DNA of 64,000 nucleotides from Gemmatimonadota bacterium (lineage in GTDB: Bacteria > Gemmatimonadota > Gemmatimonadetes > Gemmatimonadales > GWC2-71-9). This document shows, piece by piece, positions 7,067 through 17,645 of this stretch. The translations under genes and the position numbers were made by a program. Below the pieces are notes generated by a model that was not told where the DNA came from, made no database searches, and worked only from the letters and a program-made list of their open reading frames with translations. The stretch lies in assembly GCA_039586815.1 (NCBI GenBank), contig JBDHJR010000007.1, forward strand, positions 1,844 to 65,843, written 5' to 3'. The stretch's first letter is position 1. The number at the start of each line of letters is the position of its first letter.

Positions 7067-9910
7067 TCATTCGCGCAACAGCGGCCCCAGAAACTTCGCC
7101 GTGTGCGACTTCGAAACCCGGACCACCTTTTCGGGTGGACCTTCGGCCACCACCGCGCCACCGGCTTCGCCACCCTCCGGCCCCAGGTCGACGATCCAGT
7201 CGGCCGTCTTCACGACCTCCATGTTGTGCTCGATCACGATCACGGTGTTGCCTTTGTCCACCAGGCGGTGCAGCACCTCGAGCAGCAGCCGCACGTCCTC
7301 GAAATGCAGGCCGGTCGTGGGCTCGTCCAGGATGTACAGCGTACGGCCGGTATCGCGCTTGCTGAGCTCCGTGGCGAGCTTCACCCGCTGGGCCTCTCCG
7401 CCGGAGAGGGTCGTTGCGCTCTGCCCCAGGTGTATGTAGCCGAGGCCGACGTCGTTCAGCAGCTCGAGACGGTTGCGGATGCGGGGCTGCTGCTCGAAGA
7501 ACTCCAGCGCGTCGGCCACGGTCATGTCGAGCACGTCCGCGATCGACTTGCCGCGGTAGCGCACCTCCAGCGTCTCCCGGTTGTAACGCCGTCCCTTGCA
7601 CACGTCGCACGGCACGTACACGTCGGGCAGGAAGTGCATCTCGATCTTGACGAGGCCGTCCCCCTGGCACGACTCGCAGCGGCCCCCCTTCACGTTGAAC
7701 GAGAACCGACCCGGGCCATAGCCCCTCAGCTTGGACTCGGGGAGCTGGGCGTAGAGCTCGCGGATTGGCGTGAAGAGCCCCGTATACGTAGCCGGGTTCG
7801 AGCGGGGCGTGCGCCCGATCGGACTTTGATCAATGTCCAGGACCTTGTCGACGTGCTCGACTCCCTGCAGCACGTCGTGCTCGCCGGGCACCAGCTTGGC
7901 GCGGTACAGGTGCCGAGCCAGGGCATGGTACAGGATGTCGGTCACCAGGGTGGACTTTCCGGAACCGGATACGCCGGTGACCGCCACGAACAGTCCCAGG
8001 GGGAACTCCACGTCGAGGTTCTTCAGGTTGTGCTGCCGGGCGCCCACCACGCGGACGGCCCTCCCCGGAGATCCCTTGCGCCGTGCGGCGGGCACCACGA
8101 TGCGCAGCTCGCCTCGCAGATACCGCCCGGTGAGCGACGTGTCGTGGCGCAGCACGTCCTCCAGTCCGCCCTCGGCCACTACCTCCCCACCGTCGCGCCC
8201 CGCACGGGGACCGAGATCGATCACGTGATCGGCGGCCCGGACGGTGTCGGCATCGTGCTCCACGACCAGCACCGTGTTGCCCAGGTCCCGCAGGCCACGG
8301 AGTGTGCTGAGCAGCCGCCCATTGTCGCGGGGGTGGAGTCCCACCGAGGGCTCATCCAGCACGTAGAGCACGCCCACAAGGCGACTGCCGATCTGGGTGG
8401 CCAGGCGGATGCGCTGCGCCTCCCCCCCCGATAGGGACGACGCCGAGCGTCCCAGTGTGAGATAGGCCAGCCCCACGTCGCACAGGAAGCGGAGCCGCTC
8501 CGTCACCTCCTTGAGGATCGGGCCGGCGATCTCCCGCTCGACCGACTCGCTCCCGCCGTTGCCGCCCAACGAGAGCTCCTCGAAGAACCGCAGCGCGCCA
8601 TCCACCGCGAGGTCCACCACCTCACCGATCCCCTTTCCCCCCACTAGCACGCTCAGGCTCTCGGCCTTGAGCCGGTGGCCCCCGCAGCTCTCACATGCCT
8701 CGTCCACCATGAAGTCGCCGATCTGCACCCGCACCGAGTCCGACCTCGTCTGGTGGTAGCGCCGCTCCACGTTGCCGAGGATCCCCTCCCACTCCGCCTC
8801 GTAGTCCTGCCCCGTGCCGCGGGAGCCGCTAAACCGGAAGGTGCGGCCCGGCACTCCGTGGAGCAGCGCCTGCCGAGCCCGGTCGGGGAGGTCGCCCCAC
8901 GGGGCCGACAGGTCGAACTCCAGCTCCTTGGCCAACGTGGGGAGCACCACGTTCTTCAAGTAGCCCCGCGGCTCGCCCCAGGGGAGCACTACGCCCTCGA
9001 GCAGCGAGATCCGGTGGTCGCCCAGCACCAGGCCGGGGCTCACCACGCGCCGCACCCCGAGCCCGCCGCAGTCGGTGCACGCTCCGTAGGGCGAGTTGAA
9101 CGAGAACTGCCGTGGCTCGAGCTCGGCCAAGGAGTAGCCGCACTCCGGACATGCGAACCGCTCCGAGAAGAGGACGCTCTTCGACTCCTTGCCGTGCCGC
9201 ACCACTTCCACGAGACCATCGGCGGCACGCAGCGCCGTCTCGATGGAGTCGTGCAACCGCCCGCGGTCGGACTGCCGCACCGCCATGCGGTCCACCACGA
9301 GACCGATGTCGTGGTTGACGCGACGATTCAGCTTCGGTGGCGTGCTCAGGTCGTGCACCGCACCGTCCACCCGCACGCGCACGAAGCCCTGGCGACGGGC
9401 GCTCTCGAACAGGTCCTTGAACCCGCCCTTGCGGCCGCGCACCAGGGGCGCGATGAGCTCGATCTTGGTCCCCGCACGCCAACTCAGCACGGTGTCGGCT
9501 ATCTCAGAGGCGCTCTGTCGGCTGATGGGGGAGCCGTCGTTTGGACAATGGGGCGTGCCAACCCGGGCCCATAGGAGCCGCAGGTAATCGTAGATCTCGG
9601 TCACCGTGCCGACGGTGGAGCGCGGGTTGTGCCCGGGGGCCTTCTGCTCGATGGAGATTGCCGGAGAGAGCCCCTCGATGGCGTCGACGTCGGGCTTCTC
9701 CATGAGGCCGAGGAACTGGCGGGCGTAGGCGGACAGCGACTCGACGTAGCGCCGCTGTCCCTCGGCATAGATGGTGTCGAAGGCCAGCGACGACTTGCCC
9801 GATCCCGAGAGCCCCGTGATCACCGTGAGCCGGTTCCGGGGGATCTCCACGTCTATGTTCTTGAGGTTGTGTACCCGCGCGCCGCGGACCACGAGGTCTT
9901 CGTTCGGCAT
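7067..9910 (-). CDS. uvrA: Excinuclease ABC subunit A
   Basis: [66 protein letters not shown]… has two ABC modules (GLSGSGKSS and GVSGSGKST), zinc-finger Cys pairs and the LSGGEAQR signature twice. The track ORF starts 19 codons upstream at 9967. I prefer the ATG at 9910 because it matches the conserved UvrA N-terminus. Confidence 0.95.
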   Translation of the reverse strand: MPNEDLVVRGARVHNLKNIDVEIPRNRLTVITGLSGSGKSSLAFDTIYAEGQRRYVESLSAYARQFLGLMEKPDVDAIEGLSPAISIEQKAPGHNPRSTVGTVTEIYDYLRLLWARVGTPHCPNDGSPISRQSASEIADTVLSWRAGTKIELIAPLVRGRKGGFKDLFESARRQGFVRVRVDGAVHDLSTPPKLNRRVNHDIGLVVDRMAVRQSDRGRLHDSIETALRAADGLVEVVRHGKESKSVLFSERFACPECGYSLAELEPRQFSFNSPYGACTDCGGLGVRRVVSPGLVLGDHRISLLEGVVLPWGEPRGYLKNVVLPTLAKELEFDLSAPWGDLPDRARQALLHGVPGRTFRFSGSRGTGQDYEAEWEGILGNVERRYHQTRSDSVRVQIGDFMVDEACESCGGHRLKAESLSVLVGGKGIGEVVDLAVDGALRFFEELSLGGNGGSESVEREIAGPILKEVTERLRFLCDVGLAYLTLGRSASSLSGGEAQRIRLATQIGSRLVGVLYVLDEPSVGLHPRDNGRLLSTLRGLRDLGNTVLVVEHDADTVRAADHVIDLGPRAGRDGGEVVAEGGLEDVLRHDTSLTGRYLRGELRIVVPAARRKGSPGRAVRVVGARQHNLKNLDVEFPLGLFVAVTGVSGSGKSTLVTDILYHALARHLYRAKLVPGEHDVLQGVEHVDKVLDIDQSPIGRTPRSNPATYTGLFTPIRELYAQLPESKLRGYGPGRFSFNVKGGRCESCQGDGLVKIEMHFLPDVYVPCDVCKGRRYNRETLEVRYRGKSIADVLDMTVADALEFFEQQPRIRNRLELLNDVGLGYIHLGQSATTLSGGEAQRVKLATELSKRDTGRTLYILDEPTTGLHFEDVRLLLEVLHRLVDKGNTVIVIEHNMEVVKTADWIVDLGPEGGEAGGAVVAEGPPEKVVRVSKSHTAKFLGPLLRE

Positions 9911-10028
9911 AGCCTTGGAACGTACCCGAGCCCCGGGCAGCCGGTCAATCCGCCGATTGTGACGCAAATCGCTTGCGGCCCCCTCCGGGCCATCGTAGTT
10001 TGACCCTCCCTACCTCCGGTGCGATGCC

Positions 10029-10373
10029 ATGACCGAGGCTCCCGCCATAGTGGTGCTCACCACGCTGCCCAACGCCGGCGAGGCGAAGGCATTCGTGCGG
10101 CACTTGGTGGAGGAGCGGGTGGTCGCGTGCGGGACGGTGCTGGGGGACGTCACCTCGATCTTTCGCTGGCAGGGTGCGATCGAGGAGGCGGGTGAGACCC
10201 AGGTGATTCTCAAGACACGCAGGGACCGGTGGGACGCCCTCCAAGCCGCTGTCCGGACCTCGCATCCGTACGACGTGCCGGAGCTGCTGGCGCTGCCTGT
10301 CGAATCCGGCCTGGGTGCCTATCTTGAGTGGGTGGCAGCCGAGACGACGGCCCATGAGGGGGAAGAGGCATGA
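10029..10373 (+). CDS. cutA: Divalent-cation tolerance protein CutA
   Basis: 114 aa. …VVLTTLPNAGEAKAFVRHLVEERVVACGTVLGDVTSIFRWQGAIEEAGETQVILKTRRDRW…SHPYDVPELLALPV… is the typical CutA1 core. Confidence 0.85.
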   Translation: MTEAPAIVVLTTLPNAGEAKAFVRHLVEERVVACGTVLGDVTSIFRWQGAIEEAGETQVILKTRRDRWDALQAAVRTSHPYDVPELLALPVESGLGAYLEWVAAETTAHEGEEA

Positions 10374-11239
10374 ATCGGACTCAACGCCGTCGCCGCACCC
10401 GGCGACGCATGGCAGCTGAGTTGGGGGCGCGGACACCTCACTTCCAGGGAGAGATGAACCACACTCCTCAGGACGAGCCCACACAGAATCACGAGCCGGA
10501 GCCCGAGGCGTCGGCCTCGCTCCCGTTCGAGCTGGCCGAGGAGATGGCGGCACCGATGACGCACGAACCAGAGGACGGCGCGGTGACGGAGGAGCAGCCG
10601 GAGGTCGCGCCCACGAAGCCCTCTCCGGAGGATGGACTCTACGCCGCCGCCCGTGAGGCCTCGGACGCGGGCGATGTGGAGCACGCCGTGGATCTCTACC
10701 GTAACCTGCTGCAGCAACATCCGCAGGACGTGCGAGCCCGCAACAACCTGGCGCTGCTGCTCGACCAGCAAGGCGATCACGAATCCGCCCTCGACGAGCT
10801 CGAGGGCTGCCTCACCTACGAGCCCGATAATCCGCACGTACTGGTGAACCGAGGCGCCGTGCTGGGCGCCGTGGGCCGGTTCGCCGAAGCGGAGGAGGAT
10901 CTCCGCAAGGTGCTACGCCTCGAGCCCGGCAATTCCGAGGCTCACTTCAACCTAGGCGTCGTGGTTTCCCGCAAAGGACTGTGGCGCGACGCGATCCCCT
11001 TCCTGCGGCGGGCGGTGGAGCTCGACTCGAGTCGCGCGGCCGCGTTCTACTACCTTGGTGAGGCGCTGAACCACGCAGACGACCTGGATGGGGCCCTGCA
11101 TTCCTTCCAGCGTGCCGTAGAGCTGCGACCCACCAATCCAAAGGCGCTCTACGGCCTGGGAATCGTGCTGGACCGCCTGAACCGGCCCGACGAGGCGGCG
11201 CAGATGTACCGCCGCTCGCGCGAACTGTCCGGGCAGTGA
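10370..11239 (+). CDS. TPR-repeat protein with an acidic N-terminal region
   Basis: Start ATG overlaps the cutA stop (ATGA). The C-terminal ~200 aa are consecutive 34-aa TPR units (…AVDLYRNLLQQHPQDVRARNNLALLL…, …EAHFNLGVVVSRKGLWRDAIPFLRRAVELD…, …YYLGEALNHADDLDGALHSFQRAVELRP…). Confidence 0.75.
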   Translation: MNRTQRRRRTRRRMAAELGARTPHFQGEMNHTPQDEPTQNHEPEPEASASLPFELAEEMAAPMTHEPEDGAVTEEQPEVAPTKPSPEDGLYAAAREASDAGDVEHAVDLYRNLLQQHPQDVRARNNLALLLDQQGDHESALDELEGCLTYEPDNPHVLVNRGAVLGAVGRFAEAEEDLRKVLRLEPGNSEAHFNLGVVVSRKGLWRDAIPFLRRAVELDSSRAAAFYYLGEALNHADDLDGALHSFQRAVELRPTNPKALYGLGIVLDRLNRPDEAAQMYRRSRELSGQ

Positions 11240-11742
11240 TCCACGTTGTGGTGGACGACCTCGCGTTCGTACCGGCGGACGCGGTCGTTCGCCCCGCTAC
11301 TTCCACTCTCGAGCCCGCTAGCTCGTCCGTCCGTCACCTGGAACAGGTGGGCGGCGCCGCCTTCTGGAAGCAACTGAGAGTCCAGAAGGAGTTGGACGTC
11401 GGGGCCGCTGTCGTGACCTCTTCTGGTGAGCTGGAAGCGGAGTTTGTGATCCACGCCGTGGTGCGAAGCGACACGGAAGACGTAAGCTCGGCGGGCGTGA
11501 GACGCAGCATGCTCAGCGTGCTGCAACGGGCGGCGGATTGGGAGCTGGCACGGATATCCACTCCGGTCCTCGGCACGGGCCCGGGTAACTTGAGCCTGGA
11601 GGACGCCGCAGGCGTAATGGTCGACGTTCTCGCCACCCAGCTCCGGACCGCCACCTATCCCAAGGACGTGTTCATAGTGGTGGAGTCCGACGAAGATCGG
11701 GCAATCGTAGAGGCCTGTCTCCGGAGTCGCATCCTCAAGTGA
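11236..11742 (+). CDS. Macro-domain (ADP-ribose-binding / Appr-1''-pase-like) protein
   Basis: GTG start overlaps the upstream stop. …VPADAVVRPATSTLE…LEQVGGAAFWKQL…GAAVVTSSGELEAEFVIHAVV…ISTPVLGTGPGNLSLEDAAGVMVDVL… follows the macro-domain pattern (Gly-rich loop GTGxG). Confidence 0.65.
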   Translation: MIHVVVDDLAFVPADAVVRPATSTLEPASSSVRHLEQVGGAAFWKQLRVQKELDVGAAVVTSSGELEAEFVIHAVVRSDTEDVSSAGVRRSMLSVLQRAADWELARISTPVLGTGPGNLSLEDAAGVMVDVLATQLRTATYPKDVFIVVESDEDRAIVEACLRSRILK

Positions 11743-13271
11743 ACCGACGGTATCTGGCTTTAGCCGTTCTGGCGGTCTGGCTCGCAGCGGTCGGATGGAT
11801 GGTGCGGCGCGAGTACTTCCGCCCGCGCGCCGACATGTTGGCAGACGCGGCGTTGAGGATACCACCCGGCGCCGCCTACTACCGGCTCGACCTCGGAGGG
11901 CAGCAGATCGGCTTCGCTTCGAGTCTGGTGGATACGCTGCCGGACACGCTGCGCCTGCAAGACCTCATGATCCTCGAGATACCGGCCCTCGGGACGGTAC
12001 AGCGCATCGAGGCGCGCACCGACGCCAAGCTCAGCCGCTCGCTGCGGCTGCGCACCTTCGAGGCCACGATTCGCGGTGCCGACGTCCGGTTCGGTGTGCG
12101 GGGAGAGGTGTCCGGCGACTCCCTGCTCACGCTCGAGATCGAGAGCGCGGACAGCCGGCAGCGCCAGGAGATCGATCTGGACGAGCCGATCGTGCTGCCG
12201 GGCCTGATGCCTCTCAGCCTGGTGTTCGGCGGCGAGCTCGAGGTGGGGAGGAGCTATGCCGTGCGCCTGTTCGATCCCCTGCAGCTCGGGCAGCGGGACG
12301 TAAACGTCACGGTGCTCGCCGAGTCCACGCTGTTCGTTCCCGACTCGGCGCGCTTCGAGCCGGAGACCGACTTGTGGGTGGCGGCGCGCTGGGACACGCT
12401 CCGCGCGTGGAAGGTACTGCAGGAGACCCGCGGCCTGGAGCTGGAGGCGTGGATCGACGAGATGGGCCAGATCGTGCAGGCCACCACCCCGGTCGGGTTC
12501 ACCATGGAGCGCACCGCGTTCGAGATCGCGTTCGAGAACTTCCGCCGCCACCAGGGCGTGCGCCTCACGAGTGACGTGGGTGCCGACCTCATACGCCAGA
12601 CCGCCATCGCCTCCGACGTACGACTGTCGCAGGAGGCGCTGGGCGAGTTGAGAGTGCGTCTGGGCGGGGTGGACCTCGAGGGATTCGAGCTGAGCGGCGG
12701 CCGCCAGGAGCTACGAGGCGACATGCTGGTCGTGCGGCGCGAGGCCGACTCGCTACTCGACGCCGGCTACCGCATTCCCGCCGACGACCCCGACCTGGCA
12801 CCGTTCCTGGAAGCGGAGCCGCTGGTTCACAGCGACGATCCGCGCATCGAGGCTCAGGCGCGCCAGATCGTGGGACGCACGCGCAACCCGAGGCGGGCGG
12901 TGGAGCGGCTGGTGGATTGGGTGTACGACGAGATAGACAAGCGCGTCACGGTGAGCGTGCCGAGCGCCCTCGAGGTACTCGAAACGCGCCGCGGCGACTG
13001 CAACGAGCACACCGTCCTCTTCGTGGCCCTTGCCCGCGCGGTGGGTATACCGGCGCGCACCGCTGCCGGCCTCGTGCACGTGGACGGCTCGTTCTACTAC
13101 CATGCCTGGCCCGAGGTCTACCTCAACGGCTGGGTCGCGGTGGATCCCACGTTCGGCCAGTTCCCCGCCGACGCCTCGCATCTGCGCTTCACCATCGGCG
13201 GGCTCGCACAGCAGGCGGAACTCATCCGGCTCATCGGCCGGCTCACTCTCGACGTGGTGGATACGGAATGA
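11739..13271 (+). CDS. Transglutaminase-like (cysteine protease fold) domain protein, N-terminal membrane anchor
   Basis: N-terminal TM helix (YLALAVLAVWLAAVGWMV). C-terminal core …RRGDCNEHTVLFVALARAVGIPARTAAGLVHVDGSFYYHAWPEVYLNGWVAVDPT… carries the Cys-His-Asp transglutaminase-core motif. The GTG start overlaps the upstream stop. Confidence 0.8.
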   Translation: MNRRYLALAVLAVWLAAVGWMVRREYFRPRADMLADAALRIPPGAAYYRLDLGGQQIGFASSLVDTLPDTLRLQDLMILEIPALGTVQRIEARTDAKLSRSLRLRTFEATIRGADVRFGVRGEVSGDSLLTLEIESADSRQRQEIDLDEPIVLPGLMPLSLVFGGELEVGRSYAVRLFDPLQLGQRDVNVTVLAESTLFVPDSARFEPETDLWVAARWDTLRAWKVLQETRGLELEAWIDEMGQIVQATTPVGFTMERTAFEIAFENFRRHQGVRLTSDVGADLIRQTAIASDVRLSQEALGELRVRLGGVDLEGFELSGGRQELRGDMLVVRREADSLLDAGYRIPADDPDLAPFLEAEPLVHSDDPRIEAQARQIVGRTRNPRRAVERLVDWVYDEIDKRVTVSVPSALEVLETRRGDCNEHTVLFVALARAVGIPARTAAGLVHVDGSFYYHAWPEVYLNGWVAVDPTFGQFPADASHLRFTIGGLAQQAELIRLIGRLTLDVVDTE

Positions 13272-14026
13272 TCCGGCTGGAGGAACTCACAAAGACCTAC
13301 GGCAAGTTCGTGGCGGTCGACTCGATCGACCTGCACGTACCCCGCGGACAGCTGTTCGGCTTCCTCGGACCGAACGGCGCCGGCAAGACGACCACGCTGC
13401 GGATGATCGCCGGGATCCTCCGGCCCACCCACGGGCGCATCTGGCTCGGGGGTGACGACCTCATTGCCGATCCCATGACGGCCAAGGCTAGGCTCGGCTT
13501 CATACCCGACCGGCCGTTCGTCTACGAGAAGCTCACCGGTGCCGAATTCCTCCGCTTCGTAGCGGGGCTGTACGGCGACGACGGTGCCGCCGTGGAGCGC
13601 CGCGTGGACGAGCTGTTCGAGCTTTTCGAGCTCTCGGTGTGGAAGAACGAGCTGGTGGAGTCGTACAGCCACGGGATGCGGCAGAAGCTCATAATCTCGA
13701 GCGCACTGATCCACCGCCCCGAGTGCATCGTGGTGGACGAGCCGATGGTGGGCCTCGACCCCAAGGGTGCCCGCCTGCTGAAGGACATCTTCCGCGCCTT
13801 CGTCGAGAAGGGCGGGACCGTGCTGATGAGCACGCATACTCTCGAGGTGGCACAGGCGATGTGCGACCGCATCGCAATCATCCAGGAGGGACGGATCGTT
13901 GCGCGCGGCACCATCGACGAGCTGCGCAAGCAGACCGCGGCCGGCGACGCGTCACTGGAGGAGCTGTTCCTCAGGCTGACGGGCGGCGCGGCCATCCAGG
14001 AGCTGGCGGCTCTCCTCAGCGATTGA
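13268..14026 (+). CDS. ABC transporter ATP-binding protein
   Basis: MIRLEELTKTYGKFVAVDSIDLHVPRGQLFGFLGPNGAGKTTTLRMI…YSHGMRQKLIISSALIH…IVVDEPMVGLDP… has Walker A, signature and Walker B motifs. The ATG at 13268 overlaps the upstream TGA, so the long track ORF starting at 12917 is rejected. Confidence 0.9.
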   Translation: MIRLEELTKTYGKFVAVDSIDLHVPRGQLFGFLGPNGAGKTTTLRMIAGILRPTHGRIWLGGDDLIADPMTAKARLGFIPDRPFVYEKLTGAEFLRFVAGLYGDDGAAVERRVDELFELFELSVWKNELVESYSHGMRQKLIISSALIHRPECIVVDEPMVGLDPKGARLLKDIFRAFVEKGGTVLMSTHTLEVAQAMCDRIAIIQEGRIVARGTIDELRKQTAAGDASLEELFLRLTGGAAIQELAALLSD

Positions 14027-15705
14027 TGCAGTCCCTCACCCAGATCCTGATGCCGAAGTGGCGCACCGGCTTGGCGCGGCTGCGCCAGGGTCGGGGACGC
14101 GGCGGCAAGGCGCTCGTGGTGGGCACGGTGGGGCTCATCTTCTGGACGGCGATCTTCGGCGTGCTGTACCGGGTGCTGGTCTATTTCCGCGGCGTCGAGG
14201 AGATCGGCCCCCTGCTCGCGGGGAAGCTCTTGAGCCTGGTACTGCTCTCGTTCCTCGCGATCCTGCTCCTCTCCAACGTGATCACCGCCCTCTCGTCCTT
14301 CTTCCTGGCCAAGGACCTCGATCTACTGGTGTCGGCGCCGGTGGACTGGCTCAACATCTATCTCGCCAAGCTGGGCGAGACCATGTTGCACAGTTCCTGG
14401 ATGGTGGCGCTCATGGCGGTGCCGATATTCTCGGCCTATGGCGTGATCTACGGTGGGGGATGGCTGTTCGGCCCCTTCGTGGTCGCCGTACTCCTACCGC
14501 TTATCCTGATGCCGGCCGTGATTGGCAGCGCGTTCACGCTGACCCTGGTGAACGTGTTCCCGGCACGACGCACCCGAGACCTCCTTTCCGTGATCGCCAT
14601 ACTGGCCGCGGGCGGAGTGGTCCTCTTGTTCCGCATCATCAGGCCGGAGCGCATCGCCCGCCCGGAGGGCTTCCAGAACCTGCTCGACTTCATCACCGTG
14701 CTGCGCACTCCCACGTCGCCGTTTCTCCCGAGCGAGTGGGCGACCGACGCATTGATGGGTTACCTCGTGGGACCGTTCGACTGGCTGCCGTTGTTGCTCC
14801 TGTGGAGCACGGCCGGCGCACTCGTGGTGGCGGGCTCATGGCTTCACGCGCGGCTCTACCCGTCCGGATACACGCGCGCACAGGAAGGCGCCGAGCGTTT
14901 CATCAAGGGATGGATCTGGCGCAGTGTGCTCGACCCGGTGTTCAAGCCGCTTTCGGTGGCGCGCCGCGAGTTCGTGATCAAGGACCTGAAGCTGTTCTTC
15001 CGTGACACCACGCAGTGGAGTCAGCTCATCCTGCTCGGGGTGCTCGTGGTCATCTATCTGTTCAACATTCAGGCGCTCCCGCTGTTCACGGGCGAGCGGG
15101 TCCCCTTCTTCCTTGTCACGGTCGTGTCGTTCCTGAACCTGGGTCTGGCCGGCTTCGTGCTGGCATCGATCGCGGCCCGGTTCGTGTTCCCGGCGATTTC
15201 GCTCGAAGGACAGCAGATGTGGCTACTGCGTTCGAGCCCTCTCGACCTGCGAGCGTTGCTGTGGTCCAAGTACTGGGTGGGGACCGTGCCACTGTTGGTA
15301 CTGGCGGTGCTCATCACCGTGTTCACCAATGTCATTCTCAAGGCCTCGCCATTCATGATGGTGGTGAGCACCGCTACGATCGTGCTGCTCACTTTCGCTA
15401 TCAGCGCGCTGGCTCTCGGGTTCGGCGCACTCTATCCGCAGTTCGAGACCGAGAACGCCGCTCAGATCCCGACCTCCTTCGGCGGGCTCGTCTTCATGAT
15501 GACGACGGTCGCGCTGCTCGCCGTGGTCATCATGATCGAGGCGGTGCCCGTCTACCGCTACCTGCGCGCAGGCTTCCTCGGTGAGGCAATGAGTGTGGAC
15601 GCCACGATGGTCGGAGCGTTCGCCGCAGTAGTGCTCATCTGCGTGCTGGCGACCCTGATCCCGCTCAAGGTTGGCCTCAGGAGGATGGAGGGATTCGAAT
15701 TCTGA
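14026..15705 (+). CDS. Polytopic membrane protein, putative ABC-exporter permease
   Basis: MQSLTQILMPKWRTGLARLRQGRGRGGKALVVGTVGLIFWTAIFGVLY… is followed by ~10-12 TM helices. The ATG at 14026 overlaps the ATPase stop codon. Confidence 0.7.
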   Translation: MQSLTQILMPKWRTGLARLRQGRGRGGKALVVGTVGLIFWTAIFGVLYRVLVYFRGVEEIGPLLAGKLLSLVLLSFLAILLLSNVITALSSFFLAKDLDLLVSAPVDWLNIYLAKLGETMLHSSWMVALMAVPIFSAYGVIYGGGWLFGPFVVAVLLPLILMPAVIGSAFTLTLVNVFPARRTRDLLSVIAILAAGGVVLLFRIIRPERIARPEGFQNLLDFITVLRTPTSPFLPSEWATDALMGYLVGPFDWLPLLLLWSTAGALVVAGSWLHARLYPSGYTRAQEGAERFIKGWIWRSVLDPVFKPLSVARREFVIKDLKLFFRDTTQWSQLILLGVLVVIYLFNIQALPLFTGERVPFFLVTVVSFLNLGLAGFVLASIAARFVFPAISLEGQQMWLLRSSPLDLRALLWSKYWVGTVPLLVLAVLITVFTNVILKASPFMMVVSTATIVLLTFAISALALGFGALYPQFETENAAQIPTSFGGLVFMMTTVALLAVVIMIEAVPVYRYLRAGFLGEAMSVDATMVGAFAAVVLICVLATLIPLKVGLRRMEGFEF

Positions 15706-15740
15706 CCGCGGGGAGGCGACTGCCGCTGTGGGAGCTATTC

Positions 15741-17513
15741 GTGGCACTCGCGGCGGTAGCGCTCTACGCTCGAACGATCGGGTTCGGTTGGGTGTTCGAC
15801 GACAATTTCGACGTCGTCAGCAACACGTTCGTACAGTCATTCGCATACCTGCCGCAGTGGTTCACGACCACCTCATGGACTGGAGCCGCGGGGGAGAACT
15901 TCCTCTATCGGCCACTCGCGCTGCTGACCTATGCCTTGAACTACCAGGTCTCCGCGCTCGAGCCCTGGAGCTACCACCTCGTCAACATCGCGCTGCACGC
16001 CGGCGTCTCGGTGCTAGTCGTACGAGTCGGCCGGATTTGGGGGCTCTCGACGATGGCCGCCGGTCTCGGCGGTCTCCTGTTTGCCGTGCACCCCGTTCAC
16101 GTGGAGGTCGCGGCGGCAGTGTTCGGGCGCAAGGACTCGCTCATGGCGCTGTTCACCCTCGCCATGGTACTGCTGCACCGGAGGGCACTGGCCCGAGGGG
16201 GATGGACTGCGTTGCTGCCGGTGGTCGCATACGCCTGCGCCATGCTGTCCAAGGAAGCGGGGGTGGTGAGTCTGGCCCTCGTGGCGGTGCACGACTGGTA
16301 CCTCGAGCCGGACCGTGGCAGGCTGCTCAGGAATCAGCGGGCAGCGGGACTGTACATCGCCTACCTACTCACGTTCCTGGTCTACCTGCTCGTTCGGACG
16401 ACCGTCGCCGGCGGGATCGGCGTGGCCGAAACGTCGTTCCTGGACAATCCCCTGGTCGCAGCCGGGCCGGGAGCACGCCTGGGTACGGCCATTGTCGTGG
16501 TTGGACGCGGCGTCGCACTGCTGGCGGCGCCCCTCACACTGTCACCCGACTACTCCTACGACGCGATACCCGTCGTCCAGTCGCTGTTCGACCTGCGGCT
16601 CGTGGCGACCGTCGTGGGGCTCGGCCTGCTGGGGTGGATGCTGGCGACCCGCGGGGTCCGCAGCCCGGCCGTGCCGATTGGGGTGCTGTGGTACGCCATC
16701 GCACTGTTCCCCACTTCGAACCTGCTTCTTCCGGTGGGGACGATGTTCGCGGAACGGCTGCTCTACCTACCCAGCGTGGCCGCCTGTCTCCTCGCGGCCG
16801 CAGGGATCGCATGGATGAGCCGCAGGAGCGGTCGCGTCGCTCTGGCGGCCGCGTTTGGGCTGGTGGCGGCCTTCTCAATCCAGACGGTGCGGTACTCGAG
16901 CGCTTGGCGGGACGACGTCGCGCTCTTCCGCTGGGCGGTGGCGAGCGTGCCGCAATCCACCAAGGCACACCACAAGCTGGGCGAGGAGCTATTGCGTGCC
17001 GGTGACCTGGGTCAAGGCGTGCGGGAGCTGGATCTGGCCCTCACGATCGCGCCCGAAAACGGATACGCCGCATCGACGCGGGCGGTGGCGGAGCGGCTGA
17101 TCGCCGACCGCTACTTGCAGCACGGTGAGGAGGCAGTCGACCCTCCCACCGACCCCGACCTGCTGAGCGTTCTGGCCAAGGTGAGCGGTGACCGCGGCGA
17201 TTTCGCGCAGGCCGAGCGCTACTGGCAGGCGGCGCTCTCGATCGATTCGCTGCACTCACACAGCCTGGCCGGCATGGGCCTGTTGCACCTCATCAGGTCC
17301 GACACGGCCAGCGCGATCGGGTACCTTGAGCTGGCGGTGGCGCAGGAGCCGCCGCCGGCCCCCGCGTGGTTCAACCTGGGGCGTATACACCTGGCACGCG
17401 GCGAACGCCTGCTCGCAGCGCGGGCGCTGCGCCAATTCGTGGCGTTGGCCGGTTCACGGTACCCGACCCAGGTACAGTGGGCGGAGGGCGCACTTGCCAC
17501 CCTGACACAATGA
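15741..17513 (+). CDS. Membrane protein with C-terminal TPR repeats (PMT/TMTC-like glycosyltransferase-fold candidate)
   Basis: The N-terminal ~400 aa hold ~10 TM helices starting …YARTIGFGWVFDDNFDVVSN…. The C-terminal ~180 aa are TPR units (…AHHKLGEELLRAGDLGQGVRELDLALTIAP…, …AWFNLGRIHLARGERLLAARALRQFVAL…). Confidence 0.7.
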   Translation: MALAAVALYARTIGFGWVFDDNFDVVSNTFVQSFAYLPQWFTTTSWTGAAGENFLYRPLALLTYALNYQVSALEPWSYHLVNIALHAGVSVLVVRVGRIWGLSTMAAGLGGLLFAVHPVHVEVAAAVFGRKDSLMALFTLAMVLLHRRALARGGWTALLPVVAYACAMLSKEAGVVSLALVAVHDWYLEPDRGRLLRNQRAAGLYIAYLLTFLVYLLVRTTVAGGIGVAETSFLDNPLVAAGPGARLGTAIVVVGRGVALLAAPLTLSPDYSYDAIPVVQSLFDLRLVATVVGLGLLGWMLATRGVRSPAVPIGVLWYAIALFPTSNLLLPVGTMFAERLLYLPSVAACLLAAAGIAWMSRRSGRVALAAAFGLVAAFSIQTVRYSSAWRDDVALFRWAVASVPQSTKAHHKLGEELLRAGDLGQGVRELDLALTIAPENGYAASTRAVAERLIADRYLQHGEEAVDPPTDPDLLSVLAKVSGDRGDFAQAERYWQAALSIDSLHSHSLAGMGLLHLIRSDTASAIGYLELAVAQEPPPAPAWFNLGRIHLARGERLLAARALRQFVALAGSRYPTQVQWAEGALATLTQ

Positions 17514-17537
17514 CGCCCAGCGAATTCGCTGGGCGTC
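17512..17537 (+). terminator. Perfect 26-nt palindrome (13-bp arms) at the stop codon of the TPR membrane gene; putative bidirectional terminator
   Basis: GACGCCCAGCGAA|TTCGCTGGGCGTC starts one nt into the TGA stop (17511-17513) and lies between convergent genes. It has no clear U-tract. Confidence 0.5.
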
Positions 17538-17645
17538 ATGTCTTAGCGAGGTGAGTCGCCCGGAGGCGGGACCGACGGCGGTCTGCCGGTCGGTTTAGTT
17601 CCGTCCACGCCGACGGCCTACCTCCGGGCGTATCGAGCGGGCATC

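Noticed and set aside
7103-9574. 443-aa and 299-aa ORFs on the + strand (7103-8434, 8675-9574)
   Set aside because: They lie entirely inside and antisense to uvrA, whose identity is unambiguous. They have no motifs.
15671-17005. 444-aa + strand ORF overlapping the TPR membrane protein in another frame
   Set aside because: The translation is Arg/Gly/Pro-rich and low-complexity. The 15741-17513 frame gives coherent TM helices and TPR repeats.
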